64,000 bases of DNA from Acidobacteriota bacterium (GTDB lineage: Bacteria; Acidobacteriota; UBA6911; RPQK01; JAJDTT01), in assembly GCA_965217775.1 (NCBI GenBank), contig CBDCJH010000002.1, forward strand, positions 640,001 through 704,000. Reading direction: 5' to 3'. Under the pieces are notes generated by a model. It was not told the DNA's origin and did not search any database. It was given only the letters and a program-made list of their open reading frames with translations. The position numbers and the translations under genes were made by a program. Shown here piece by piece: positions 51,501 through 60,624 of this stretch; within the stretch, counting starts at the first letter, position 1; each line of letters begins with the position of its first letter.

Positions 51501-52122
51501 ACATGTTGGCCGTGAGGGTCTGCTGCCGCAGCTCCGTTCCTGCATTTGTAAACCGGTCGTGCGCTTGATAGTACCTTCTATACTTCGCTCTTCTTGGCGC
51601 CCAGAGTTCATTGGCTTCTTGGGTGAGTTCTCCGAGCAGATCTCGCAGACCTCCGATTCCGGCGCCCACCGAAAACAGCATCTGGCCGATGTCGTCCTCC
51701 GCATCCAATATCTCCCGGCCGCCGGTTTCGAGCCGAACGTGGTCCAGACTGAACATCCGTTCGAAGAAGGAACGATCAGCGCCTGCCAGTAGAGGTTGCA
51801 ACGCGGTCTCGCCGCCCGGAATCGGCAGATTGTCAGTTCCGAGAAGCGTATCCTTCGAACCCTTGCGGCGAACCACCTCCAGGGAAACCTGGCCATTCTC
51901 GAGAACTGCGCCGATTCGCAGACTCGCGTAGTCGTGCAGAAAATTGTAGGGCGATCTCACGGGGACGCCGAACAGGAGATCCTCGATAGCGGCCAGGGCA
52001 GTGGATTTTCCGGCCTCGTTGGGACCGAACACGATGTGGAGATCGACGTCGCCTGCCGGAAGCTCGAAGGAACGATCCGTGAAGTGCCCGTAGCGAAGAA
52101 GGTCAAGGCGTCTCACCCGCAT
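48562..52122 (-). CDS. YhaN-like SMC/Rad50-type ATPase
   Basis: Walker A GPNEAGKST, long coiled coil, signature MSSGTGDQLYLALR, Walker B/D-loop VADDLFVNFD, FFTHH. Confidence 0.9.
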   Translation of the reverse strand: MRVRRLDLLRYGHFTDRSFELPAGDVDLHIVFGPNEAGKSTALAAIEDLLFGVPVRSPYNFLHDYASLRIGAVLENGQVSLEVVRRKGSKDTLLGTDNLPIPGGETALQPLLAGADRSFFERMFSLDHVRLETGGREILDAEDDIGQMLFSVGAGIGGLRDLLGELTQEANELWAPRRAKYRRYYQAHDRFTNAGTELRQQTLTANMWQESKKAYERAEEAYGEIESEFEKLSAEGRRLSRIRRVYLDVCRMAVLREETDIADLERVISLPDDARSVLEEAERRDNELSTRIDTLSDHLAKAREELANLTFDNRLILRSHDILDLHERRIEIRREKADLPKRQAELEAVEAELRDLSTELGWREDARKVVARIPARTKLRAVRSLLGQRGRLASDLENRAGSLQEAEVERDDFEQTIEAFGTAPDVSGLRAVIKTIREHGDVTGRLRRAVREVKHTQDRLDRLLASMNPTVPNARAAAEMRVPPETMVHAHRDSLQDWERRTRDTVRQRETSEEELDRARRNFRSAVRDEQVVSVGTLQEARADRDALWRLVKKKHISNRPISKKEADRHADALDDLAAAFEPAIRHADDLADRRFDNAEAVGRLTEMSRSIDEQMASVAQMRERQETLLREGERLDADWQALWKEAPISALAPDLMLEWLRARTSLLEAVEDRAEATSAMEVLKEEEREAREGLLKELSSLGAERGTLRDDTLRILLERAEGLRIDYEEEAKTRNQLEERLKEAEQTVGRRRRELDRARQAWLRWQKDWSDALTDVGLTTGSNPDSVSALIEVMEQIREKSLRINDLRYQRIGKIKRDIIDFEAVVATMVDDVAVDLAGTPAEEAVLEIENRLMRARRIRDIKAKKEQEMGELEHDLRALDEKRETARGSVNYLKDAAGVETSEELRRAIEKSDSLRAVQIELDTVLRTLKQQGDGLTAAELEEECDHVDIDQIVARENTTGARLKRLQEQLAEAAEKRAEARNAFQAIGGDAVAARAESTRQEALVEIGEISERYVRVQTSALLLQWAIDRYRREKQAPLLQRAGQLFATVTGGSFTELRVDYDAKDKAHLTGLRPSGEVVRVPGMSSGTGDQLYLALRIAAMEDYLEHASPLPFVADDLFVNFDNDRARAGFQVLGELAKKTQVLFFTHHLHLLEIARQTLGSSISQVTVNGDWDSQSSRASA

Positions 52123-52123
52123 T

Positions 52124-53398
52124 TCAGTCCTGCCCTCCCAGAAGCCGCGCGGACAGGAACGGAGTCACTCCGGCAATCAGGGCAGCGTGGTCGCCGTCGA
52201 TTGCGGCTTTCAGCACCGTGTCCTCGACGTCGGATCGCACTGCAGAGGGAAGTCGACGGACCATCCCTCCGATATCGGTCTCAAGCCGGCGCAGCAGTTC
52301 CGCATCGGAGCCTGCTCCTTGCAGCGTCCTCAGCAGCTCGCCGACCGCGTCCTCGCGACTCTCCATGGTCTCTTGGGCGATCACCGGTTCGGTCGCAACG
52401 ACGACCTTTTCTACCCAGGCCGTGTCATCCCCCAGGCCCAGGGCGATCGAGCGTGCCTCGGCGAGGAGTTGCTCTTTGTCCGTCAGAAGTCGACCGTGGA
52501 CTTCGGTGCGGCCCCGGAGCACGACGCGGCACGCCAGCAGGCGATCGCCGGCGCTGGTGGCAACGGCACCTTCGACGGCGTCTCCTATGCGATCGACGGC
52601 CTCTCCGAAACTGGTGACGCTCACCAAATCGACCGGTACGACGGTCCAACGCACGACGTCGCAATGCAAGGCGGCAAGATCTACGATTTCGTTGTGATCG
52701 ACCGTGACCAGGTAGGCGCCTTTGGGGCCGGTCTCCCGCACGTGCCGTCCCTGCAAGTTTCCGGGAAATACGACATGAGGCCTTTTGTGGAGCACTTCCG
52801 CCCGGTGAACGTGGCCGAGTGCCCAGTAGTCGTAGCCCTTGTTGATCAGGTCGACGGGAGAACACGGCGCGTAATTCTCGTGCCCGCCCATGCCCCCAAG
52901 TCCGGTATGCAAAACACCGATGTTGAAGGCTCCGCTGACGGGTTCCGGATACTTTAGCGCCAGATTGTCTGTGATGTCTCGTTGCCTGAAGCTCTGTCCG
53001 TGTAGTGCAACGTTCAGGTGCTTGATTTCAAAGGATTGCGGGCTCCGTGATCCAAAGATGTGCACATTTGCCGGATGGGTGAGGCGGCGCGTGATCTGAC
53101 TTCTGGCGTCGTGATTGCCATAGAGCAGATAGACCGGAATTCCGGACTTATGGAGGCGGCCCATCTGGCTGACGAAAAACAGACCCGTCCTGTAGTCGCG
53201 CCAGTCGCCGTCATAGAGGTCGCCGGCGATGATCAGGAAGGAAACCTGCTCCTCGATGGCAAGTCCCACCAGCCGATCCAAAGCTTCACGGGTGGCGGTG
53301 CGTATGGACTCCGCAGACGGTCCCTGATGCTTGGCGAGCCCCTTCAACGGGCTGTCCAGATGAATGTCCGCCGCGTGAAGGAAGCGAAATGAAGTCAC
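52124..53398 (-). CDS. YhaO-like Mre11/SbcD metallophosphoesterase nuclease
   Basis: HAADIHL, AGDLYD, GNHD, LHT, ALGHVH, PGNLQGR. Confidence 0.92.
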   Translation of the reverse strand: MTSFRFLHAADIHLDSPLKGLAKHQGPSAESIRTATREALDRLVGLAIEEQVSFLIIAGDLYDGDWRDYRTGLFFVSQMGRLHKSGIPVYLLYGNHDARSQITRRLTHPANVHIFGSRSPQSFEIKHLNVALHGQSFRQRDITDNLALKYPEPVSGAFNIGVLHTGLGGMGGHENYAPCSPVDLINKGYDYWALGHVHRAEVLHKRPHVVFPGNLQGRHVRETGPKGAYLVTVDHNEIVDLAALHCDVVRWTVVPVDLVSVTSFGEAVDRIGDAVEGAVATSAGDRLLACRVVLRGRTEVHGRLLTDKEQLLAEARSIALGLGDDTAWVEKVVVATEPVIAQETMESREDAVGELLRTLQGAGSDAELLRRLETDIGGMVRRLPSAVRSDVEDTVLKAAIDGDHAALIAGVTPFLSARLLGGQD

Positions 53399-53521
53399 TG
53401 AAGAAACGTACCTGTCGGTTCAGGACTAAGGGGCCGGGTCGGCGTTGGAATAGCCGAATACGATCGATTATGACGGGGACAAGCCTCCGTCTGCCTTTTC
53501 CCAATCGTTGGTTTCCGTGAG

Positions 53522-55345
53522 CTACTCCTCAGACATCATTTCATCCCCGGAAGGCATCTCGACCTCCAGAGGAATCACCGGCAGCGTGGTGAAGACTTTC
53601 CTGTCTTCCAGCTCCAAGGCGACGGCTGTGAATTGTTGATCCCCAGGAGGCGCCATGCAGCGAACCGAACCCGTGAAATCCGAGGTATCGGTTTCTTCGA
53701 ATATCTGGTTGATAAATTGGGGCCTCTGACCGTTGGCCGGTAGGTCGACGGGTTGTTCTTCGAGTACTTCTCCACCCATCATCAATCGGCACGTGAGCTC
53801 CATTCGGGACTCGCTCAGATTGCGGAACGCCGCCCCGGTGTTGATCCCGCCAGCCACGCGGCGGGCCGGAAAGATGGCGTCCCGGACCGGCTGGCTGGCC
53901 CCGACGCCGGCCACGCCCGTGCCTTCAAGGTCGAAGCGCAGGACCCCACCGATCGGGCTGTCCGGAGCGTCGGAAACTACTTTGACCGATCCGACGACCA
54001 GATCTCCTAGCCCGTGGGTAGAAATCGTGAGCTCTCCCAGTGGGGGTATTCCATCCTGGACGGTCAGAGCCCCGTAGCTCTTGACTTCCAGGTTGTCCAT
54101 TACATCCACCACCGACGTCGGGTCGACGAGTTGGCCCATCTGGTCGTAGAAGTAGATGGCCGGCCGGACCGCCTTGGAGGCCGCGTTCACCACCACGATA
54201 TCGGAGGTGATGGGACCCCCGTTGGCGAAGTGCGCGAAGTCGAGAGCCACCTGGTTTCCCTTGTAGAAGCCGGAGCCGGCGACTACGGTCGCGCCGGCGT
54301 GGATCGGATAATCGTTCGGTAGTGTGAAGGTTTGGGCATAACCTACCTTGGCGGACCCGAATTCCTCATCCCCGTCGACTCCCGGATCGTCCCAGTAATA
54401 CTCAACATAGCCACTCTTTTCGGGGTCGACGGCAGCATCGATGAGAGCCTTGACGAACATGAATCCATTCCGGTCTTCCAACTCGTACTGGATCTGTTCC
54501 TCCTGGTCCGGACGCGCGCCGTGAAAGAGCACATTGCCGTCGGTCGTCATCAGGAACATGTAGGTGGAGCCGCTTCTCCAGTGTCCCCCTTCGTTCCTGT
54601 AGATGCTCGCCAATACGTCCAGATCGAAGCTCAATGTCGGCAGGGTCCTGATCGCCCAATCACCCGCCCCTTGGACGAAGGCCTTCAGCGTCTCCCGGTC
54701 CCGGACGTCGCTGGCGGACACCTCCGGGAGTTCAGGGCCGTCGTCAGTTCCATCTCCGGTGTCATCCTCCATACTCATCGCGTGGAGGTGCAAGCCGCCC
54801 ACCAGAACGAATGTCTGGCCGGGCGCCAAGGGATGGCCGGAGGTTATGGCGAAGCACTCCCTGGGACCCTCGACCTCGTCCGTCAGCGGGTCGTCCCACG
54901 AGTACTCGACGAATTTTTCCTCTTCCCCCCCTTCCATTCCGGGTTTCAACGCATCGATGATCTCTTTGACGACCATTTTCCCGTTGTCGTCTGCGGATTC
55001 GGACAGGTCCATTTCATCCAGACTCGGGTCCTCCAGACTCGGGTCCTCGCCGTGAAAAAACACGGAGCCGTCCGAATTCAGGATAACGAGGTACATGGAC
55101 TTGTAGTTCCAGTCCCCACCCTCTTCTCTCGCGTCCATCTGGAATTGGACGTAACCAGGCAAAGAGTTGATGGAGAGCACGTGCTCTTTCGCCGAAAGCA
55201 CGAAGGCCTTCAGTGTGTCCCGGTCCACCACCTGGCTGGCGGTGGTCCGATCTTCGTCGTCGGCAACAGCGGAGGGCATTGCACCGAAGAAGCCGGACAA
55301 TGTCAGCATAGTCCCCCAAAGGATCATCGATCTTGAAAAGTTCAT
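53522..55345 (-). CDS. Secreted protein with two single-Cache domains and an unassigned C-terminal domain
   Basis: Signal peptide; two repeats DRxTLKAFV...Y...FHG...VEY(S/Y)WDDP; C-domain starts LDFAHFANG. Confidence 0.8.
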   Translation of the reverse strand: MNFSRSMILWGTMLTLSGFFGAMPSAVADDEDRTTASQVVDRDTLKAFVLSAKEHVLSINSLPGYVQFQMDAREEGGDWNYKSMYLVILNSDGSVFFHGEDPSLEDPSLDEMDLSESADDNGKMVVKEIIDALKPGMEGGEEEKFVEYSWDDPLTDEVEGPRECFAITSGHPLAPGQTFVLVGGLHLHAMSMEDDTGDGTDDGPELPEVSASDVRDRETLKAFVQGAGDWAIRTLPTLSFDLDVLASIYRNEGGHWRSGSTYMFLMTTDGNVLFHGARPDQEEQIQYELEDRNGFMFVKALIDAAVDPEKSGYVEYYWDDPGVDGDEEFGSAKVGYAQTFTLPNDYPIHAGATVVAGSGFYKGNQVALDFAHFANGGPITSDIVVVNAASKAVRPAIYFYDQMGQLVDPTSVVDVMDNLEVKSYGALTVQDGIPPLGELTISTHGLGDLVVGSVKVVSDAPDSPIGGVLRFDLEGTGVAGVGASQPVRDAIFPARRVAGGINTGAAFRNLSESRMELTCRLMMGGEVLEEQPVDLPANGQRPQFINQIFEETDTSDFTGSVRCMAPPGDQQFTAVALELEDRKVFTTLPVIPLEVEMPSGDEMMSEE

Positions 55346-55507
55346 TTCGTTCACTCCGTTTCGAATGGTGCGGTCCATGGGCTTGACAAGACCTTTATAA
55401 CAACAAAAAGTCCGTGGCAAAAGCTGCCACGGACGTCCGTCGAATCAGTGGGTCAGGCTGGCGTCGGCATGGCGTCGAGAGCCGATTCCTCCGACTCCAG
55501 GTAGAAT

Positions 55508-55535
55508 CGGGCAGGCCGACGCCACGGCCTGCCCG
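55508..55535 (-). terminator. 11-bp perfect hairpin downstream of the Cache paralog
   Basis: CGGGCAGGCCG-acgcca-CGGCCTGCCCG; no strong U tract. Confidence 0.4.
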
Positions 55536-55561
55536 GACTCAAATGATAGTTCTGCCTTCGT

Positions 55562-56579
55562 TTATTCCTCCGAAGCCATCTCCTCGTGCGAGCTCATGTC
55601 TCCGTCCAGCGGCACCACCGGCAGTGTGGTGAAGATACCGTTCATGATGTCCATCTCCACGGCCACGCCGGTGAACTCCTGCTCTCCCGGCGGCGCCATG
55701 CAACGGACCGACCCGGTGAAGTCGGACGTGTCGTGCTCGAACAGCTCGCTGATGAGCATGGCCCCCTGACCGTTGGCCGGCAGAGTGACCGGCTTCATTT
55801 CGATCATCTCGCCACCCATCGTCAGGCTGCAGGTCACCATCAACTCGGACTCGCTCAGGTTGCGGAGGGCCGCTCCCGTGTCAATGCCACCGGCTTGGCG
55901 GCGTACCGGGATTATGGCGTCCCGAAGCGGCTGGCTGGCTCCCACCCCGGCCACGCCGACGCCCGGAAAGTCAAATCTCAGGACTCCTCCGATGGGACTG
56001 TCGAGACCCTCGGTGACGACTTTCACCGAACCGGTCATGAGGTCTACCATACCATTCGTCGAAATGGTGACCTCTCCCAGGGACGGCAATTCCGACAGGA
56101 GGGCCAGAGCGCCGAAGTCCGTGGCATACAGATTCCCCATGACGTTCACCAACGATCCCGGGTCAATGAGCCCGCCGTCATTGTCATAGAAGTAGATGAG
56201 AGGCCGGATCGGCGTCGAAGCCAGGTTCACCAACACCACGTTGGAGCTGAAGGAGTCCCCGTTGCCGAAGTGGGCGAAGTCCAAGGCCATCTGGTTTCCC
56301 TTGTAGAAGCCGGAGCCGAAGATCACGGTCTGGCCCGCGAAGACGGAGGAATCATCAGGAAACGTGTACGATTCGGTGTAGCCGACCTTGGCGGAACCAA
56401 TGTCCTCGTCCCCTTCTACCGAGGGATCATCCCAGTCGTATTCGACGTATACCTTTTCCCGAGGTGGCCGCATCGATGAGGGCTTTCACGAATTTGAATC
56501 CGTTACGGTCCCGGCGCTCGATCTGAATGTGACCTTGCTGGTCCGGTCAAGCCCCGTGAAAGAGGACATACCCCTCATG
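55562..56579 (-). pseudogene. 5'-truncated paralog of the Cache-domain gene
   Basis: HEGYVLFHGA*PDQQGHIQIERRDRNGFKFVKALIDAA aligns with the neighbour (stop replaces Arg); frameshift near 56450; 3' part intact. Confidence 0.85.
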
Positions 56580-56628
56580 GAATGCGGCTCCGGCACCGGC
56601 GCCGGCACCGAACTCCGTACGGTCCCGT

Positions 56629-58101
56629 TCACGAATCCTTCCTTGCGGACACCGCTTCCGACCCAAATCGCTCGGCGGCCTCCAGCGTCTCCCGGACATC
56701 GTCCCAGGTCGTGGTGTGGTTGACGATGCACATTCTGAGCGAAAAAGTCCCATGCAGGAGCGTCGAGGATATGAACGCCCGGTCTTCCCAGAAGACGCGC
56801 GCCAGCACGGTGCGGTTGATCTCTTTCAGCGAATTCTCGTCGATACCGCCGGCCGCCGGGTTGACCCGGAAGCAGACGATCCCCAGCGAAGCCGGGTTCA
56901 TGACCTCCAGAACCGGGCTCGCTTCGATGTATTCCTCGGCCCGAGCGGCCAACTCCATTCCCTTTGAAACGGCCTGGCGAAAGGCGTCCATGCCGAAGAT
57001 CCGGACCGAGACCCAGATCTTCAAGGCCCGGACCGACCGGCTCAATTGCAGGCCGCGGTCCGAGAAATTGGGGTGTTTCGCGCCCCAGATCGTGTCCTGC
57101 AGCATGTCGTGGGGGATCCGGAACGCGGTGTCGAGCGTCGTGGCATCCTTTACCAGGAGACAGCCCGCCTCGTAGGGTTGGAAGAACCATTTGTGCGCGT
57201 CCAGTCCGATGGAGTCGGCTCGCTCCATTCCGCGCAAAAGCTCTCTACCCCTTTCCGTGATCACCGCGAAACCGCCGTAGGCCGCATCGACGTGGAGCCA
57301 AAGGCCTTCCGCTTCGCAATAGTCCGCCATCTCGACCAGCGGATCGATGGCTCCGGTGCTGCCGGCCCCTGCGTTGGCGCACACCGCGATGGGATTGAAT
57401 CCGGCGGCGCGGTCGGCGTCCACCGCGCGCCGGAGGGCCTCCATGTCCAGCCGGAAGCGGTCATCGCTCGCCACCCTGCGGATGCAGTCAGACCGGATGC
57501 CGATGATCCTGGCCGCCCGGACCTGCGCGCTGTGACTCTGGTCGCCCATGTAGACCGTGGCGCGGCCGGGGTTGCCCGCGGCTTCTCGCGCCGCGACGAA
57601 GGCGTCCAGGCTGGCCGCAGAACCCCCGCTGGTCAGGAGCCCTCCCGCACTCTCGGGATAACCGACCCAGCGCCGGAACCACTCCAGGACCACCAGCTCG
57701 AGCTGGCTGGGACCGCTCGAGGTCAGCCAGGTGCATTGATTGACGTGATAACCGGCGGCCATGAAGTCGGCCACAACGCCGGGCCAGGTGGGCGACGACG
57801 GGATGAACCCGAAGAAACGAGGGTGATCGATACGCGCCGCCACCGGCAGGATGTCCCGGGCGGCCCGTTCAATGACCTGCAGTGCGGGCAGACCGGACTC
57901 GGGGGGATCTTCCAGGAGCTGATCGGCCAACTCCTGCCGGAACTCGCCGTCCCAGGCACCTTCTTCCGCCAGGGACTCGATTCGCTCCACGATGAGCTCC
58001 GCCGCCCGGCGGGCCAGGTCGAGCATGGCTCCGGGGGCCATCCGGAGTCCGTTCTGTTCAGTATCGAAATCTCCCGCAAAGGATTTCTTGTCGCTTTGCA
58101 T
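56629..58101 (-). CDS. Group II PLP-dependent decarboxylase (aromatic amino acid decarboxylase-like)
   Basis: HPRFFGFIP, TSGGS, HSA, WLHVDAAYGG, DAHKW with PLP lysine. Confidence 0.9.
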   Translation of the reverse strand: MQSDKKSFAGDFDTEQNGLRMAPGAMLDLARRAAELIVERIESLAEEGAWDGEFRQELADQLLEDPPESGLPALQVIERAARDILPVAARIDHPRFFGFIPSSPTWPGVVADFMAAGYHVNQCTWLTSSGPSQLELVVLEWFRRWVGYPESAGGLLTSGGSAASLDAFVAAREAAGNPGRATVYMGDQSHSAQVRAARIIGIRSDCIRRVASDDRFRLDMEALRRAVDADRAAGFNPIAVCANAGAGSTGAIDPLVEMADYCEAEGLWLHVDAAYGGFAVITERGRELLRGMERADSIGLDAHKWFFQPYEAGCLLVKDATTLDTAFRIPHDMLQDTIWGAKHPNFSDRGLQLSRSVRALKIWVSVRIFGMDAFRQAVSKGMELAARAEEYIEASPVLEVMNPASLGIVCFRVNPAAGGIDENSLKEINRTVLARVFWEDRAFISSTLLHGTFSLRMCIVNHTTTWDDVRETLEAAERFGSEAVSARKDS

Positions 58102-58488
58102 CGAATTTTATTACCTTTTCAGCATTTCTTCGATTCGGGCCACAACAATCCAACCAAGGGTGTATCAATGGACGTATTTTCCGGAACCGGCATTGCGAGA
58201 TATGGGAACTGGAGAGAAGGTGCCGCAACCCGTTGAATCGTTCCGATTGGTAAAGTTCTTACGAGTGAACGCTCTTGATTGCCCGAACCGAAAGACACGA
58301 ATACGCGAAATCAGGGTCATACTCCCCAATGGAGTGGTGTAGACAATCGGGGGTATGCATGGGCCCGAAAGTCCCCCTTTCAGTTCCAGTCCTGCGCCCA
58401 GTTATCTCGCGGATTCGATTGGACTCGGAGACACCTCTGGGTCTCCGGACGACTCCGCAATCTGTCCCCGGACCCTCAGTCGCTTTAA

Positions 58489-58646
58489 CAGCCCGTGGCA
58501 AAAGTCGTCACGGCATTCGACCGTCCCTGCATCCCGGCGGACTGCGTTGCGACTCGGTCACATACTCCCGGTATGCTCCCTCATCGCGCCTTGTCCGGCG
58601 GGCGCAGGAACGGTCTCGGTGCTCGCGCGACTTTCACCACGGACTG
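58489..58646 (-). mobile_element. 158-bp MITE, copy 3
   Basis: Same terminal repeats; TTAA duplicated at 58485-58488 and 58647-58650; five substitutions cluster in the central hairpin. Confidence 0.9.
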
Positions 58647-58730
58647 TTAAGTTAGAGTTCCGTTCCGTTGTTTCGGCCGATTTTTCGGGCCCATTGGCCC
58701 CGGGGTCAACCGGCCCGATGAGCCCAAACC

Positions 58731-59393
58731 CTACTCGGAGGGCTGATCGACGAAACGGATGTAGGGCTTGGGGGAATCCCAACCCTGAGGGTACTTTTCA
58801 CGGGCGGCGGCGTCCGAGACCGCAGGCAAGATGATGACCTTGTCCCCCTCGTTCCAATTCACGGGAGTGGCCACCTTGTGCTTGGCGGTCAACTGAACCG
58901 AGTCCAGCACCCGCAGCACCTCGTCGAAGTTGCGGCCCGTGCTCATGGGGTAGGTGATGGTCAGCTTGATCAGCTTGTCCGGTCCGATGACGAACACGGA
59001 TCGGACCGTGGCGTTGTCCATGGGGGTTCGGCCCTCGGACGTATTCCCGGCGTTCGCCGCCAGCATGCCGTAGTGCTTGGCGACGGCCAGCTCGGTGTCG
59101 GCGATGATGGGGTAGTTGGGGGCATGGCCGGTGGCGTCCCGGATGTCCTGCGCCCAGGCCCGGTGACTGTCCGCAGGGTCCACGCTCAACCCGATGATCT
59201 TGCAGTTGCGCTTGTCGAACTCCGGTTTGAGGCTGGCCATGTATCCCAATTCCGTGGTGCAGACCGGCGTGAAGTCCTTGGGGTGGGAAAAGAGAATCGC
59301 CCAGCCGTCGCCGATCCACTCATGGAAGTTGATGGGCCCCTGGCTGGTATCGGCCGTAAAATCAGGTGCGGTGTCTCCGACGGTAAGGGACAT
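58731..59393 (-). CDS. 1-Cys peroxiredoxin (Prx6)
   Basis: FSHPKDFTPVCTTELG, GRNFDE, ATPVNW. Confidence 0.93.
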   Translation of the reverse strand: MSLTVGDTAPDFTADTSQGPINFHEWIGDGWAILFSHPKDFTPVCTTELGYMASLKPEFDKRNCKIIGLSVDPADSHRAWAQDIRDATGHAPNYPIIADTELAVAKHYGMLAANAGNTSEGRTPMDNATVRSVFVIGPDKLIKLTITYPMSTGRNFDEVLRVLDSVQLTAKHKVATPVNWNEGDKVIILPAVSDAAAREKYPQGWDSPKPYIRFVDQPSE

Positions 59394-59493
59394 TGGATTC
59401 CTCCTAATGGACTGTAGGCAAACGAAATGACCGCCTCCAAGAATGGCCCAAAGCGGCCGCAAGTTCAACCGCGGGGGCGAGGAGCGGCGGCCG

Positions 59494-59556
59494 GGAGCGG
59501 CGACTTTCTTGTCGCCGATTCCGGGGGAGAAATGGGAGACTACAAGTCCCCCCTCC
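59494..59556. repeat. GGAG-type REP doublet
   Basis: GGGAGCGGCGACTTTCTTGTCGCCG, then an inverted GGGAGACTACAAGTCCCCCCTCC. Confidence 0.55.
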
Positions 59557-59572
59557 TGATGATCCGGCGGGA

Positions 59573-60598
59573 TCACTGCGGCGAAACGGGAAGTTGCACC
59601 ACGCGGCCCGTGCGGGACGATGCGTAGACAGCTTCAACGATCTGCTGGGCTCGGATGCCGTCTTCTATCGTGATAGAGGGCGCTCTGCCCTCGGCGAGTG
59701 CGGCGGCGAACTCCTCCAGGACCAGGGCATGGGTGCTCTGGTCGAATTCGTACGACGTTTCACCCTCTTTGGTGGCCACCACCAGCCGCCCTCTGGAGAA
59801 CTTGTCGTGCAGGGGAGAGGAGAGGATCACGCCGTCGGTGCCCAGGACCTCGACGTACGAGTTCCGATGCTCGTCCGGGTCCCCCGTGCTCCAGTGGGCC
59901 GTGGCCACGCCTTGGGCGCCGTTGGCGAACTTCAGGATGGCGCTGGCCGTGTCCTCGACGGCATAGCTCTCCACCAGCGTGTCCACGAAGGCGGCGACGG
60001 CTACGATCTCTCCCACCAGGAACCGCATGAGGTCGACGCCGTGGGTTCCCAGATCGGTGAAGGGTCCTCCGCCGGCCCGTGCCGGATCGTGCTGCCAGAT
60101 TTCCTGACCCGAGGGATAACGCCCGGAGAAGTTCCAGCGGACGGCGGTCACGCGGCCGATGCCGCCCCCCTGAATGATCTCCCTGATCTTGCTGTGCCGG
60201 GCGCTGAAGCGCTGGTAGTAGCAGGTCATGAAGGTGACCCCGGCATCGCGGCAGGCTTGCCGCATGGCCTCTCCCTCGGCGACGCTCAGGGCCAAGGGCT
60301 TTTCGCAGAGCACGTGTTTCCCCTGAGCGGCCGCCGCCAGGGTGTTGGGGCAGTGTTGATCCACGGGGGTCGAGACGTAGACGGCCTCCACCTCCGGGTC
60401 CCGGACCAGCGCCTCCACGTTGTCGTAGGCGCGCCGGGCCCCGTGCTCGTGGGCGAACTCTTCGGCGCCGGCTTGCGTGGTCCGCATCACGGCCACCAGC
60501 TCGCTGCATTCGGTGGCGCGCATGGCCGGCGCCATCACCCGGTGGGAGATGTCTCCGGCACCGATGATGCCCCATCTTACAGGCGGTTTCTGCTGCAT
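59573..60598 (-). CDS. Gfo/Idh/MocA oxidoreductase (cytoplasmic)
   Basis: WGIIGAG, HVLCEKP, DLGTHGVD. Confidence 0.92.
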   Translation of the reverse strand: MQQKPPVRWGIIGAGDISHRVMAPAMRATECSELVAVMRTTQAGAEEFAHEHGARRAYDNVEALVRDPEVEAVYVSTPVDQHCPNTLAAAAQGKHVLCEKPLALSVAEGEAMRQACRDAGVTFMTCYYQRFSARHSKIREIIQGGGIGRVTAVRWNFSGRYPSGQEIWQHDPARAGGGPFTDLGTHGVDLMRFLVGEIVAVAAFVDTLVESYAVEDTASAILKFANGAQGVATAHWSTGDPDEHRNSYVEVLGTDGVILSSPLHDKFSRGRLVVATKEGETSYEFDQSTHALVLEEFAAALAEGRAPSITIEDGIRAQQIVEAVYASSRTGRVVQLPVSPQ

Positions 60599-60624
60599 GG
60601 ATCGTACTCCAAATTGACTACGCC

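Noticed and set aside
55022-55048. Short duplication EDPSLEDPSL in the Cache gene
   Set aside because: Simple in-frame 15-bp slippage.
56547-56549. TGA as selenocysteine, given selD nearby
   Set aside because: It aligns with Arg in the paralog and accompanies a frameshift and truncation.
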